From assembly GCA_026770705.1 (NCBI GenBank), contig JANJGN010000089.1, positions 434,001 through 498,000 of the forward strand: a stretch of 64,000 nt of DNA, read 5' to 3'. Under the pieces are notes generated by a model. It was not told where the DNA came from. It searched no databases and saw only the letters and a program-made list of their open reading frames with translations. This stretch comes from Isurus oxyrinchus (taxonomy: Eukaryota). Position 1 is the stretch's first letter; each line of letters opens with the position of its first letter. A program made the position numbers and the translations under genes. Positions 12,413-25,000 of the stretch are shown in pieces.

Positions 12413-13434
12413 CCCACTCTTATTGCGTCCAGTTCCTGCTGGGCCGCCGTCTTGCATTTGTGCAGCAGGTGTTTATTATTCGGTTCAGCTCTTTCACTCC
12501 CGTCACTGGTTCTCCATCCTGTCGATGGTGCTGTCTCATGAACTCCGAGAAGGTAACGCATTCGCTTATTAAAATCACAAGAGAGACGCTCTTTTACTGA
12601 AACATTTGGTCCCAGACCGAGTGTTTAGTTCACCGTCCAACAGCTCCTGGGAATTACATGCAATATATTTACTTTCTTTATAAATGCCTGGCTACTGGTT
12701 GATATGTGCACTCACCGTTGACTGTCTCAATGACCATTAAGGGTAAAGGCTTCCTCCCGTCTGCTGTAGAAGCTCTGCTCCTGCAGCTTGAGTTCAGAAG
12801 GACATCACTAGTGAAAAGTGCATGCACCAGGCGGCTTATAACCAGATTTCTCTTTTCTAAATATTTCAGAGTCTCCAATTTTTCCGGTGCAACAAAAAAT
12901 ATTTGACGATGTTGCACTTTCACTTTCTCTTGCCCAGGTTTCTGAAAGTTAGGGAATTAATTTGAGATCCTGTTAGTCTGATGGCTGCAAATGCGTGTTG
13001 CTGCTAAAACACGATAGGATGTGAAAACTAGACAATGTGCTTTCATGTCCTGAGTGAATTGTACTTGCCTCAAATCTTCATTCCCACTCCCATTCTTCAA
13101 TCCTGCCTCCAGGAGGTATTCTTTGTGTGAAAATGCGGCTCTGCATCTATGTAATTTCGGCATTAATAGGTAGTTGATTGGCAGTTACCCCCTGAGGTCG
13201 GTATAATGCTGGGAATAACTGCTGGTCGCTTTGAAAAATATTATTAAAAATGTTTCAGTGATGGACATTGAACCATCGTAAAGAGAGAGTCAAAGCGTGA
13301 TTGCTGCGATTTCTCATTTAATTTCCCAACCTGGTGACAAGAATTACTCAAACCGTCGAGGCTGAACCAGGCAGACCACTATATGCCTTACAGAGCGATA
13401 GAGCAAGGACTTTCTTCATTCTCTCCAATGTAAC

Positions 13435-13730
13435 ATCCCTGACAAGGCCGGCATCCCCATCCCTTGAGAATGGTTAAGTGTCAACCACCTTACTGCAGAC
13501 CAGGCTGGGCAAGGACAGCAGATTTCCTTCCGCACGGGACATTTATGAACCTGCTTTTTTTTTTACAACAACCGACGATACTCTAATGTTGGCCAGCATT
13601 AGTTAAATTAGTTTTATATCCCAGAATGTCTCAACTGATTTGAAATTCGGTCAGCTGGCATAGTTGGATTTGAACTTATGTCCCCTGAGCATTAGCCTCT
13701 CTGGATTACTAATACAGTGACGTCACCAGA
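13435..13730 (-). mobile_element. tRNA-derived SINE, decayed, same family as 58572-58990
   Basis: Reverse complement resembles 58572-58990 ('caggctgggcaaggacagcagatttccttcc', B box 'ggatttgaac'). Confidence 0.65.
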
Positions 13731-15204
13731 GAAAAAGGCCAGTCAATTGATGTAGGTACCATTGTCTCTGATCAATTGCTTGTGAGCATATTCTTGGCAA
13801 AGTCAAGGGTGAGAACATGATGTGATCCCTCAGTTTGACCTAAATTCACATATTGTTGGGAGGGTTCCACAAGCACTCACCGACTTTTCATCTTCACGCC
13901 TGCTGTCAATTGCCACTGGGACCAAAGGGACCAAAAATCTCCCGCATGAGCTTTCCAGGATTCACAGCTTCAATGGAAAGGGGAAACTCGCTGGTTGCTT
14001 TATCTTGCTCTCGAGAGGAATCCAATGGCTATAGATTCAGAAGCTGTGGAGGGGGCAGAAGGGCGGGGGGCACGTGGGGATGATCCACGTGAATTTCATT
14101 ACGTACAATTGCAGGATCTCTATTCACAGAACTCTGTTTTCAGGTGCCTCAAACAATTCATCATAATGTGCAGGGACCCAGCAATCACAGACTGTAGAGG
14201 AAGCTGCTGATTTGTGGAGTGCAGCATGGAACAGGGAATTCTTACCCAGCTTGTCACAGAGAGGACATGCTAGTGCCTTGGTCCAGCTGTTCAATTGAGC
14301 CCGTGGTCTATGGTACTCTGCACACAGGATACCATTCTCCTGCCTCTGGGCTTCTATTTCAGCCTGTCATGCTCGCTGTCTGACCATTGATATTCATGGA
14401 GATGGATAAAGTGGTGTTGGATCTGCGATGCTGGACTGTGCATGTGCGTTAGCCACCCATGTAAGTTCAGCTGTTACCAAAGGAAGCTCAGCAGAATGTG
14501 ACTTTGAAAGCAGCTGGTCAGGGGCTCTGATTGGCCTGATGTGGCTGTTGTCATTCTGACTGGGGGCTAAACGTTGAGACTCAGCCTCATGCTGCCATTC
14601 GTCCTTCCCTCTGGCTGCCTTACTTGGTTCCTTTCTGCTGTCACTGTACAGAGTGGCAGTTTTCACCAATGCTGACCACTGCTTGGTGCCACTGATGGAG
14701 GTTCACACCGTCCTGTTGGTAGGTCGTTCCTCCTCCTGATCATCCTCCAGCTTGGCCATTAACCCTGCACACTTCTGTGGGCTAGTCTACAACCGAGGCC
14801 CAGGTGAATGACGCTGCTTTCCCTTTTTTCTGTGTTGAGCCACCCCCATTGCCATGGAGTCCAGCGGCAGGACGGTGCACACTGCCCTTGGTCTACACTT
14901 TTTTCACCTTCTGTGTGCTCGCTCCTGCAGCACGGTCAGCAGCAGCGCCCAGCTGCAGATCAACAGGTTGCTGTGCGGTCCTCAGTTCCTTCTTTAACTC
15001 TCCAAGAGTAATATTGAATGTCTCAGAAATCAGTCAATTCACAATGAATAGGATTGAATAAAAGGGTTCTTTGTTTATTCCAGCTATTAATATCTGCCTC
15101 AGTAACAGTGCAATGATCATTGTTTGTGCTGCAGTCTGACAAGAACCTGAATAATTTACATGATTTCACTATTGCAGGTGGTCAAGTTGATCCTCTGAGC
15201 AGGG

Positions 15205-15843
15205 ATGGCTCATACCAAACAGATAGCCTGGAAGTCCACCAGCGGCAACGCGCCCAGGAAGCAGCTGGCCTCCATGGCAGCCCAGAAATATGCCCCTCTC
15301 CACTAGAGATCTCATCGCTACAGGCTGGGTACAGTCGCACTCTGAGAAATCTGCCGATGCCAGAATTCCATATGGAGTTGTTTATCCGCAAAGTGTCCTT
15401 CAAGCGCCTGGTGAGGGAAATTGCCCAGGGCTTTGAAACTGACCTGAGGTTTCAGAGTGTGGCAATTGGAGCATTGTAGGAAGCCAGTGAGGCCTACTTG
15501 GTTGGCCTGTTTGAGGACACCAACCTGTGTGCCATCCATGTCAAAAGAGTGACCGTTATGCCAAAAGAAACCCAGCTGGTACAACGGATCCGGGGAAGCG
15601 TGCTTAAACTCTGTGCTTTATTACATCACCTCCAGACTATTTTGAAGCGATATTAAAACATTTTCTAAAACATTATTGGACTGTAGGTTTGGCTTCTTGT
15701 GGACGCTGGGCCTTTATTTTGTATTTTTGTTAATTTTGAGTATTGATCGTGTCTTAAAGTGGAAATAGCGAAACATTTTGTAAACTGTCCTTCGAACTCA
15801 TGCTCAGGTTGGAAAATAAACTTTAGTATCTTTTTTAAAAAAA
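15205..15843 (+). pseudogene. Processed (retro) pseudogene of histone H3.3; coding remnant 15205-15607, then 3' UTR, AATAAA and an A-tract
   Basis: ATG GCT CAT ACC AAA CAG.. through '[44 protein letters not shown]'. The AIG motif at residues 88-90 is diagnostic of H3.3. It is intronless, with stops and frameshifts, AATAAA at about 15815-15820 and an A-run at 15837-15843. Confidence 0.92.
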
Positions 15844-18614
15844 TGAAATGGTCGTGTTTGACCTATACACTCCCATCTAAACGGGAGTATTGAAGAAATT
15901 ATTGTGCAGAGTGTTTTTTTAAGCAATTTTCTGGCTAGTTTTACACTCTACATTGTTCGCCATGACCCCAGGCCTATTTGCTAACCTCGCTTTTCCCTGC
16001 GGCTTACCCTATGTTACAGGAGGAGAAAATAAAGAACAAATGCTTCCACTTATTCTCAAAATTTTCCCCAAGACCTTTCCTCACCCCTTCCAATTGACAC
16101 AGAACGTCCCCCCTTCCTCTCGATCCTTCTTGATGCTCATGGTAGACAGCGGCTCAATCCTGGTCAGCAGCTCTGCACTCTAGAAAACCAGACATAACTA
16201 ATGGGTCGCTGTGGATCGCTCTGCCGGGGAAGCTGAGTCCTTGGCAGCAGTAAGGTCACTGATGTCGAGATGGCCAAAAGGGATGGTAACCACAGTGGAC
16301 AAAGCCTGATATGAACCTGCTGATGGACTGAGAATGGACAATGGTCAGAATGGCAGCATTGGTCAGAAAAGACTGAAAATTAGGGGAGGGAAGCAAAAAG
16401 ATCTGGAAACACGTTATGACAAGGATTGATGACTACACCAATGTAGAGTTTTGTTTGACCTCTATTGTACTGCAGATGTTTCTAGTCCATTTTCAAGTGG
16501 GTATAATTATTAAAACTCAAGTGGACATTTTGTCCACTGTAAACTAAGTTGAAGAAAACATCTCCCTATGTGCGGGGGTGGCACTGGGAAAGGGTGGAAA
16601 CTGAAACAATTCTCGAAGAAAGCACGAGCGGCAGATGAAGAGACTTCCGCGGTTGAGATAAACATGTCACGGGGATCATCTCCCAAATGTGCTGCAGGCT
16701 TTTCAGATCCCCTTGAGGTAATGGCTGGCCTGCGGTCATATTTGCTTTTCTCTCTAGCCCAATTTCTAGCCCAGGATGCACCATGCAGTCTGACTCAGCA
16801 CAGGGCTGAGTGCTGCATTACTAGCGGCTTCATCATGTGGAGGAGGTTTCAAACTGCAGCAGCCATGTGCCCCGTCCCCCTAAAGATCACATTCAGAGGA
16901 TGAAGCAGAGAATTCTCTCACTGTAACAGCTCTTACCGCGGAAAGATTCTGTTAATGGGCCACTTATTTCAAAGAATATGCCAAAAAAAAATCACGGTAG
17001 AAGTTTCATGGCAGTTCTTCCGCCCTCTCACCCGCCTCCCCCATTAAAAACAACTCCAGGCCGGTCTCGCTTCCCTCCACCCACCCTCTATCACCATGCC
17101 ATCCTGGCTCCCCGTTCCCCATCTCCATGCATGCCTGACTCCTCAATTACCCCCCCCCCCCCCCCCCTCACCCCTACTAAGCCCCAATATCAGAATAATT
17201 GTTTGCATTTGCCACTCCTCGCTCTCTCGGGATTCACATGGTTCCGGCCTCTACCTCTACCCGTCACCTCTACCCGACTTAAAACGTTGTGGCCTCTCCC
17301 GGCTCGGGCCAAAGGCTACAACCTCTCATATTCTCGGTCCCGCTCACTCCTGATTCACCTGGAACTTTTACAATTACCGATAACAAGCAGAAAAAGGGCA
17401 CCGAACAGCACAGGATGTGGAAATGCCCCTGGGAGCAGCAGGTACTGCGGCTGCGGCCTCTGGACCACACAAAGGGTTTTTAATGTGCCTACCTTTGTGT
17501 GGCCGGGAGGGGCAGAGGCCAATCCTCTAATACTGACCGTCCCAGGTACAGGTTGCATTCCCACTTCCTGTCCCAGAGCAAGAGAGGATTAGACGATGGT
17601 TGGAGAACTAACAATGCGCAGGGTTGCGGGGAGAAGGCAGTTGAATTACACCAGGTGAAATATTCATGTTTTAAAATTCTGTATAAATTGTGGTTCGTTC
17701 TGCTATCGCTTTCAAAAATTAATGGCGGGAATAGCTCCCCATTCACAACATTCTAAAAATGACAAATGAGACCTGAACATGTGGCAAGGCTGTTAAGCAA
17801 GTAGGACACAATTGTAGGTCGGAAAGTAAGTTGTGAAGAGGGCGTAAGAATCTTGATATGTTACGTGATTGGACAAATTGGACAAAGACCTGGCAAATGG
17901 AGTAGAAAGTAGTAAAACATGAGGTTGTCTATTTTGACAGGACGGATAAAAAAGAGGCACATAACCCAACCGGTGAGATATTGCAGAACTCTGAGATGCA
18001 AAGGAGTCTGGGTGCCCTAGTGCGTGAAACTTTTGGTTTCCGTGTGCTGCTAAACTCTCATTGAAAATCGGACAGTCCAGAGTCCCAGGCGCGATCCTTC
18101 CTGTCTCTGAGACCAGAATGGTTGCTTTTGAATAGTTCCCATTCGCTGAAAAAGCCTCAGTTAAACCTATTTCATTGCTGTAGAGATCGCGCTCTCTCAC
18201 CCATTTGCTGACATGTTCTCTACTTTCCTATTGAAATCATAAAATTAACTAAATCTTTCCGTTTAACTCCCACTTGAGAGGTGAGTACCTATTAATTATT
18301 GCACGGTCCCAGCAAATTCACTAGCCTCCTCAATCCTCCCATGTTTCTGCAAGATTGCTTTGTGAAAATGGGCTCACAAACAGCAAATGCCCTGTGGGGA
18401 ATGATCCCAAATTGAGCTTCCTAAAAGGACAAGTCCGATTTTTTCATTGTTCTCTGACCTTTTCCTCATCTCCAGTTCTTTTGTTCAGATGCTGATCAAA
18501 GTGAATTGCAGAAAATGTTGATTTCAGTTGCTGAGTCGCAGTGGAAAACAACGCATGAGGTATTTAGTCCCACACCGAACGCTGCTTGTTAGTGAGTCGG
18601 AGATGAAAGGTACA

Positions 18615-18955
18615 GAATGAATCCCACACTCACAGCTAGTAACAGAGATTGATATTTACCGAATCAATCTCAGACCTACCGGTGGAAGAAAAGACTGATA
18701 TTCATCGAATCAATCACACATTTGCAGATAGTGCCAGGGATTGCAATTGATCGAATCTATACCACAATTACAGACAGTATCAGAGACTGACATTTACAGA
18801 ATCAATTCAACACTGGCAGATAGTGCCAGGGAGTGAAATTGATCGAATCAATCCCACAATTACAGACAGTATCAGAGACTGATAGTCCCAGAATCAGTAC
18901 CACAATCACAGACAGTACCAGAGACTGTTATTTATAGAATCCATCCGCACTCACA
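18615..18955 (+). repeat. 46-bp minisatellite, about 7.5 units (consensus about gaatcaatcccacaatcacagacagtaccagagactgatatttaca)
   Basis: Unit starts at 18615, 18661, 18707, 18753, 18799, 18845, 18891 and 18937. Confidence 0.9.
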
Positions 18956-19592
18956 TGCATAGAAAAGCATTGCAGGGTCACGGGGAGTGGCAGTGGGTGA
19001 ATTGTTCCTTTAGAGGGCCAGCACAGATTAGACGGCCCGAATAGCCTCTTTTGGAGTTGTCGCTATTCCAGGATTCTAATGGAAAATACTGGAAAAACTT
19101 AATAGCTCTGACAGTTTTGATGCTTCGATAGCGGGTCTATTTGTTAAAAATTCTATCAAGGTGAAACCCCAAATACTGTCTCCACAGATGCTGCAGGACC
19201 TGCTGAGTTTTTCCAGCACCTTCTGTTATTATTTCAGATTCCCAGCGTGAGCAGTCTGTCACTTTATGAACAATAAAACAATCCCTGTGCAGGAATCTGT
19301 ATTCAAATAAGAAATTAGAAGCAGCAGATGGAAAATATTTAGAGAATTGCTGACTGTTACAAATCCGAGTAATTCTATCCTGGCTCCACAGTAAAGCTCA
19401 GGAAAAGCCTTCATTATCATCAAGAAGGAATACATCTGAGTTACATTTTAAATGGAAGATAAATGCAGGTGGGAATTAATTATATTTCTATTAAGCCCGC
19501 CCATGTGTTTGGAGCAAAATCTCACCGAAACGGATCAAATTCAGCTTCAAGCTTGGGGTTTCTGATTTGAGAGGTAAAAAAAAACAAGAAAT

Positions 19593-19664
19593 TGTGGCAG
19601 CGGGGAATCGAACTGGGGTCAAATAATTGAAAAGCAGCTATGCTCACCACTGTACCACCATCGA
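19593..19664 (-). pseudogene. tRNA-Gly(TCC)-derived pseudogene, copy A
   Basis: Reverse complement ..GGTGGTACAGTGGTGAGCATAGCTGCTTTTCAATTATTTGACCCCAGTTCGATTCCCCG.. vs Gly-TCC GGTGGTATAGTGGTGAGCATAGCTGCCTTCCAAGCAGTTGACCCGGGTTCGATTCCCGG. The stems are broken. Confidence 0.85.
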
Positions 19665-19924
19665 TAATTAACGATATTGGCACATAACCATAAGTCACAA
19701 AAGTCTTAACAAGAGGGGCAAAATGACAAATGAAGCAAAAATAATGCTCAGCCACAGAAGGAGATATTAGATCAGATGACAAAAGCTTAGTCAAAGGGGA
19801 GGCTGTTAAATAACATCTTAAAGATCAGAAGGGGCTGTAGAAGTGGAATAGTTTAGGGAGGGAATGCAGAATTTTAAACCAGATCGGCATTACACACGGT
19901 TGTCAATTTGTAGAGAATAAAATC

Positions 19925-21070
19925 CCATCTCTAGTTTCCCTTGAGAAAATGCTGCTGAACTGCCTTTTCCATTCCACGTGGTGTATGTACACACACAGTG
20001 CCGTTAGCGCTGGGGTGGGGGGATGGTTCTGGAGGGGGGGGTGGTGGGGGCGGAGGGGATTTTATAGGGTATTGATCCAGAGGTAGTGAAGGAACAGCGA
20101 TATGTTTCCATGTCAGAATGGTGTGAGTGTTGGAGGGGAACTCCCAAGTAGCGGTGTCCCCGTGCATCTACTGCCCTTGTCCTTCTAGATGGTAGTGTTC
20201 GTGGGTTTGGAATTTGCTGTCCCAGGAGTCTTGGTGAGTTCCTACAGTGCATCGTCTGGTTGAAGAACACTGCTGCTACTGTACTCTCGTGGTGGAGGGA
20301 TGTTGGGTGGATAGGGTGCTAGTCAAGCGGGTTATCTTCTCCTGGATGGTGTCAAGCTTCTGGAGGTTTGTTGCTGCACTCATCCAGGCCAATTGAGAGT
20401 ATTCAAACACGCTCCTGACTTGTGTCTTGTAGATGGTGAACAGTCTTTGGGGAGTCATGAGGTGAGTTACTCGCCACAGGGTTCCTCACCTCAAACCTGT
20501 CTTGCAGCCATTGCCTTTGTATGGCTAGTCCAGTTCAGTTTCTGGTCAATGGTATCCCAGGATTTTGTAAATGAGAGATTCAGTAATGATAATGCCATTG
20601 GACTCAAGGAGCAATGGTTTGATTCTCCCTTGTTTGAGGTGGTCATTGCCTGGCGCTTGTGTGGCACGAATGTTACTTGCCACTTGTCAACCCAAGCCTG
20701 GAAATTGTCCACGTCTTGATACATTTGCACGTGGACTGCTTCGGTGTGTGATGATTTGTGAATGGTGCTGAACATTGTGCCATCATCAGTGAACATCCGC
20801 ACTTCTGACCTTAAGATGAATTGAAAGTCATTGATGAAGCATCTGAAGATGCTTAGGCCGAGGTCTCTATCCCGAGGAACTCCTGCAGTGATGCCCTGTA
20901 ACTCAGATGATTGACCTCCAACAACAACTTAACTTTGTGATGGTATGACCCCAAGCAGCGGAGCGTTTTCTCTCTGCTTCCCATTAACTCCAGTTGTGCT
21001 CGGATCCTTGACGTTGCACTCAGACAAAAGCTGTCTTAATGTCGACGTTAGCCAAACTCATCACACCTGT
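19925..21070 (-). mobile_element. 5'-truncated CR1/L2-clade LINE (reverse transcriptase and C-terminus)
   Basis: 'MFTDD...QDVDNFQAWVDKWQVTFVPHK' (FADD motif) and 'TIYKTQVRSVFEYSQLAWMSAA'. Confidence 0.9.
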
Positions 21071-21899
21071 AAAAGGGAAAGTATTGAAGACAGACATAAT
21101 GAAGAAGGAAAAAGAAACAGTCCATAAATCAAGGCAGTCGGAAACACTGAATCCCTGAAAAGCAAAAGAAAGTGTGCAGGGATCAGGGAAGGCGGGGAAG
21201 TGATAGCAGAATAAATTCTCCTTCAAAGAACGAGCACAGACACGATGGGCCAAGTAAACCATTCTATGATTATACGAATCTGGGATTAGGAAACTTGAAT
21301 TTAAATCTAATTTACTGAACTCTGGAATCACACTGGTGAATCAGCATTGTTTCCATTCCAAGTTCGATATAACCCCAGTGTTTCCTCTGTGTGGTGTCTG
21401 TAAGAACATGAGAAATAGGTGCAAGTGTATAATGTGTCTTCCAGCTTCTTAAACAGTCCATAACTTCCTGGATCAATATCCGCCTTAATTTACCTTCCTA
21501 AAAATCACAATTCTCGCTGCCACCCAGTCCCATAGTAGATGAAGTATTCCCAGTGAGTTTAACTTTGTGTGTAGAATTATTATCTAATTCCCGCAGGGAA
21601 ATATCTGGCTTTAATTCTTTGACTGTGACCCTGGGTCAGTGGCAATAGTTTATGGACTGATCTTACCCGCTCAACGTTATAAAGAAAATGTACCGAATCC
21701 CTCCTGCCATCATGAGGAAAGACTTCAGTAAAGGGACAGTCAGTGGATTAAACATACGGGCTGAGCAGCGGTTTAGTGACAGAAATTGACGAGGTTTAGG
21801 AGGGAGTTCAAGGGCAAACAGAGTTACAGGAAAAGAAAACGAAAGATTGGCGAGGAGTAAGAGAGAGGAATATGAATGGCATTCACCATCTTTCATATT

Positions 21900-22013
21900 T
21901 TCACAGAATCACAGTGCAGAAGAGGCCCTTCGGCCCATCGAGTCTGCACCAACACGTGAGAAGCGCCTGACCTACCTACTTAACCCCATTTACCAGCACT
22001 TGGCCCATAGCCT
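21900..22013 (-). mobile_element. Short, young-looking CR1 3'-tail insertion
   Basis: 'cacagaatcacagtgcagaagaggcccttcggcccatcgagtctgcacc...' is a typical shark CR1 3' end. It begins where homology to 10490-10835 stops. Confidence 0.65.
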
Positions 22014-25000
22014 TTTACAAAGGTGACCAAAGTAAAGAAACCTAGGGTTACCTTCTCGCATTCACAAATGAAACTGAAAAGGTGGTTCAATGTGGTACTA
22101 TAGGGGTGCCGCCTTCCTTCAGTTACTTCAGAGGCAAGGATGAAATGATACGCTCTCTCAGTGAACTCTCTTTGTTTCAATTCCAAGCTGGATTTATAAT
22201 GCTTCATTACCCAAAAATTTACATAATTGTTGAATATTAGAAATTGAGTTGCCCCGTGGTCAGGACAATTATATCTTGAAGAATTCCTCCTGAGACTAGT
22301 GGCTCCATTTCTCAATGAGAAAATGTGCCAATAGTGAAATCTCAGTATTTAATACTCACACTAAACTTCCAGGAAATCTGCCAGTGTCGGCGATCGTCAG
22401 GCTTCCGAAATATTTCTCTATTTCAATTATTTATTTCAGGATTTTTGTTTGTTGAAGCATCCCCGCCAGGCTGGCCGGCAATACGCAGTTCAAAATTACT
22501 CCAATTTTTTTGAATTTGGGTGTAACATTTTCAATCCTCCACTGCTCTGGAACCAATGGGTGACCCTCTCTCTCTGTCTCTCACCAAATATCGATCGTTA
22601 CCTGCCCTTCTCTCTTACACATGTTCACAATTGCACTTTGCGGTTTTATACATAATTGATTGTTTTTACAATTATTCTCGTTTGAGTGATTCGGATTTAT
22701 GAGAACACTGTATACAATAAAAATACGATGAATAATTGTGTATTATAGTTATGTAGATGAATGCTGCTTACAGTATTCCAGATGCAATTAATTTTGAGCT
22801 CGATATCTGTGTCAGGAGGGTGCAGAACACATTTGTATGGCGGGCTGTCGGCGAGCTCCAGTCCAATGTTTGTGGTAGAAACTCTTTGTAGGGACTTCAG
22901 TCTGGCTCGAATTGTTTAGATAACAATTTACTTTTGAATTATTGGAAATACTAATCCAGTTGCATTATGCCATCCAATTGGCATAAGTCCTGGTCTCTCT
23001 GATCCACTGCTTGTGTGCATGCTCACGGGAATATCAAGGATGAGGGCGTGATGTGACCTCTCAGTGTGACCTAAATTCACATTATGGAGAGAGAGCTCCA
23101 CAAGTACTCACCCCCTTTTTACCTTCAGGCCTGCTGTCGGAGGCCCCATTACCCTTCAAGGGAGCAACATTGTGCCGCATGAACTGCAGCTTTCCAGGAT
23201 TCACAGCTTCAATAGAAAGAGTAAAGTCACAGATTAATGTCAACCCAGAGGAATCGAAGGGCTATAAAATCAGCAGTTATGGGGTGGGGATGGCTAAAGA
23301 GGGGGCAGGGGTGATACACATTAATTGAATGACATCCAAGTGCAAACCTCTGCCTGGGTTAAGGGTGGTCAGTTCCAAGTTTACAGAACACCGTTTACAG
23401 GTGCCTGAAACAATACATCATAAGGTGCAGCAATCAAGCACTGTAGTGCCGTGTCCTTGCCCAACTGTTCAATTCAGCCCGCCGCCTCTCCTGCACTGTA
23501 TGCGGTGACGATTATCCTGTCTCAGGGCTTCCATTTCACCCAACGTCCCTCGTAGGGCCAAGTGTGCTCGTACATGTGCCACACCTTGGAGTCTGACCCC
23601 TATTATGTATGGAGGTGGGTAAAGTGGTGTTGGATCTGTGATGCTGGGCAGGCCTTGTCCATTTAGCACCCATGTACGTTCACGTGTTACCCAGTGATGC
23701 TCAGCCTTTTGTGGCTGCGAATGCAGCTGGTGAGCTTCTCTGTATCTCATTGCATGATGTGGCTGTTTTCATTCTGACTGGGGGTAAACGTTGAGCCTCA
23801 GCCTCGTGCTGCCTTGTCCCCTTCCCTCTGGCTGGCTCATTCAGCTCCTTTCTTCTGGCACTGTGTGCAGTGCCCGTTATCATCAATGCTGATCATTGCT
23901 CAGTTCCTCTGGTGGGGGTTGACACAGTTCTGGCTGTAGGTGGTTCCTCCTCCTCCTCATCCTCCAGCTTGGCCATTATCCCTGCGCACAGCATTCGGCT
24001 AGTCTCCAACCTAGGCCCGAGTGAATGCCACTGTTTTCCCTTTCCCTCTGGAGGGCCACTCCCAGTGCCATGGAGTCCAGTGGCAGGAGGCTGCACACTG
24101 CCCTTGGTCATCACATTCTTCACCTACAGTGCGCTCGCTCCTGTAGCACAGTGAGCAGCAGTGTCCAGCTGCAGTTCAACAGTTCCTTCCTTAACTCTGC
24201 AAAATTAATATTGGAATGTCTCGGAAATCAGTCACCTCATAATGAATAAGATTGACTAAAAGATTCTTTGTATAACGCTTATCACAGATATTAATATCTG
24301 AATCTGTAACAGTGCAATGGTCACTGCCTTGGGCTGCGCTTTGCAGACAAAACATATATCATGTCCCTGAGTTCATTGCCAAATGATCAACTTTGACCTG
24401 TAGACACTCACTAAACGGAAGTATTGAAAAAAACAATTGTGCAGGCAGAATAGTAAACATTTTTCTGTCCAGTTTTAACCTGTTTGACATGTTCCCAGGC
24501 CTATTCATTTGTTTAGTTTCACCCTGTCAAATGGGCTCAAGTTCACCTTCTGTGTGCTACAACAGAAGAAAATAAAAATCCTACCACTTACTTTCAAAAT
24601 TGTCCTGAAGTAATTCCCTCTTCTCCGCCAGTTGACCAGGCCCGTCCAACCTTCCTCTCGATCCTTCTGCTCGCTCATGACAGACACGGCACAATCCTGG
24701 TCAGCAGCTCCGCGATCCTGAGAACCAGACATAACTGTTGGGTCGCTGCGGCTGGATCTGCCGGGGGTGCCGAGTGCTCAGCAGCACTAAAGTCACTGAT
24801 GTCCATACAAGAGGTCCTGATATGGCGAAAAAGCATGATAATAAAAGCGGAAAAGTCTGGTAAGAACCAGCTGATAGAGTAAGAATAGTTAATGACAGAA
24901 AGGACTGAAAATTAGTGGCGGGAAGCAAAAACATCTGGGAACACTTAATGACAAGAATTGGGGTGACTGGACCATATTTTGTGATCTCTATTTGAACGTA

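Larger units (their letters stand above)
13740..19775 (+). repeat. Segmental duplication of about 6 kb, copy A (paralog of about 22970-28650)
   Basis: Continuous collinearity from 'tgacctaaattcacat' through 'gctttccaggattcacagcttcaat', 'tgctgcattactagcggc', the 46-bp minisatellite and the Gly pseudo-tRNA to 'agccac(a/t)gaaggagatat'. Confidence 0.92.

Noticed and set aside
16978-17592. 204-aa proline-rich ORF
   Set aside because: It arises from C-rich low-complexity DNA, has no recognisable domain, and the frame is not kept in the paralog at about 25540-26030.
20010-20060. G-quadruplex-forming G-rich tract
   Set aside because: It is a simple low-complexity expansion inside a LINE copy with no evidence of function.
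22850-22910. U1 snRNA-like Sm-site segment ('tttgtggtag...gggact')
   Set aside because: The match is short and gapped, and the rest of U1 is absent.
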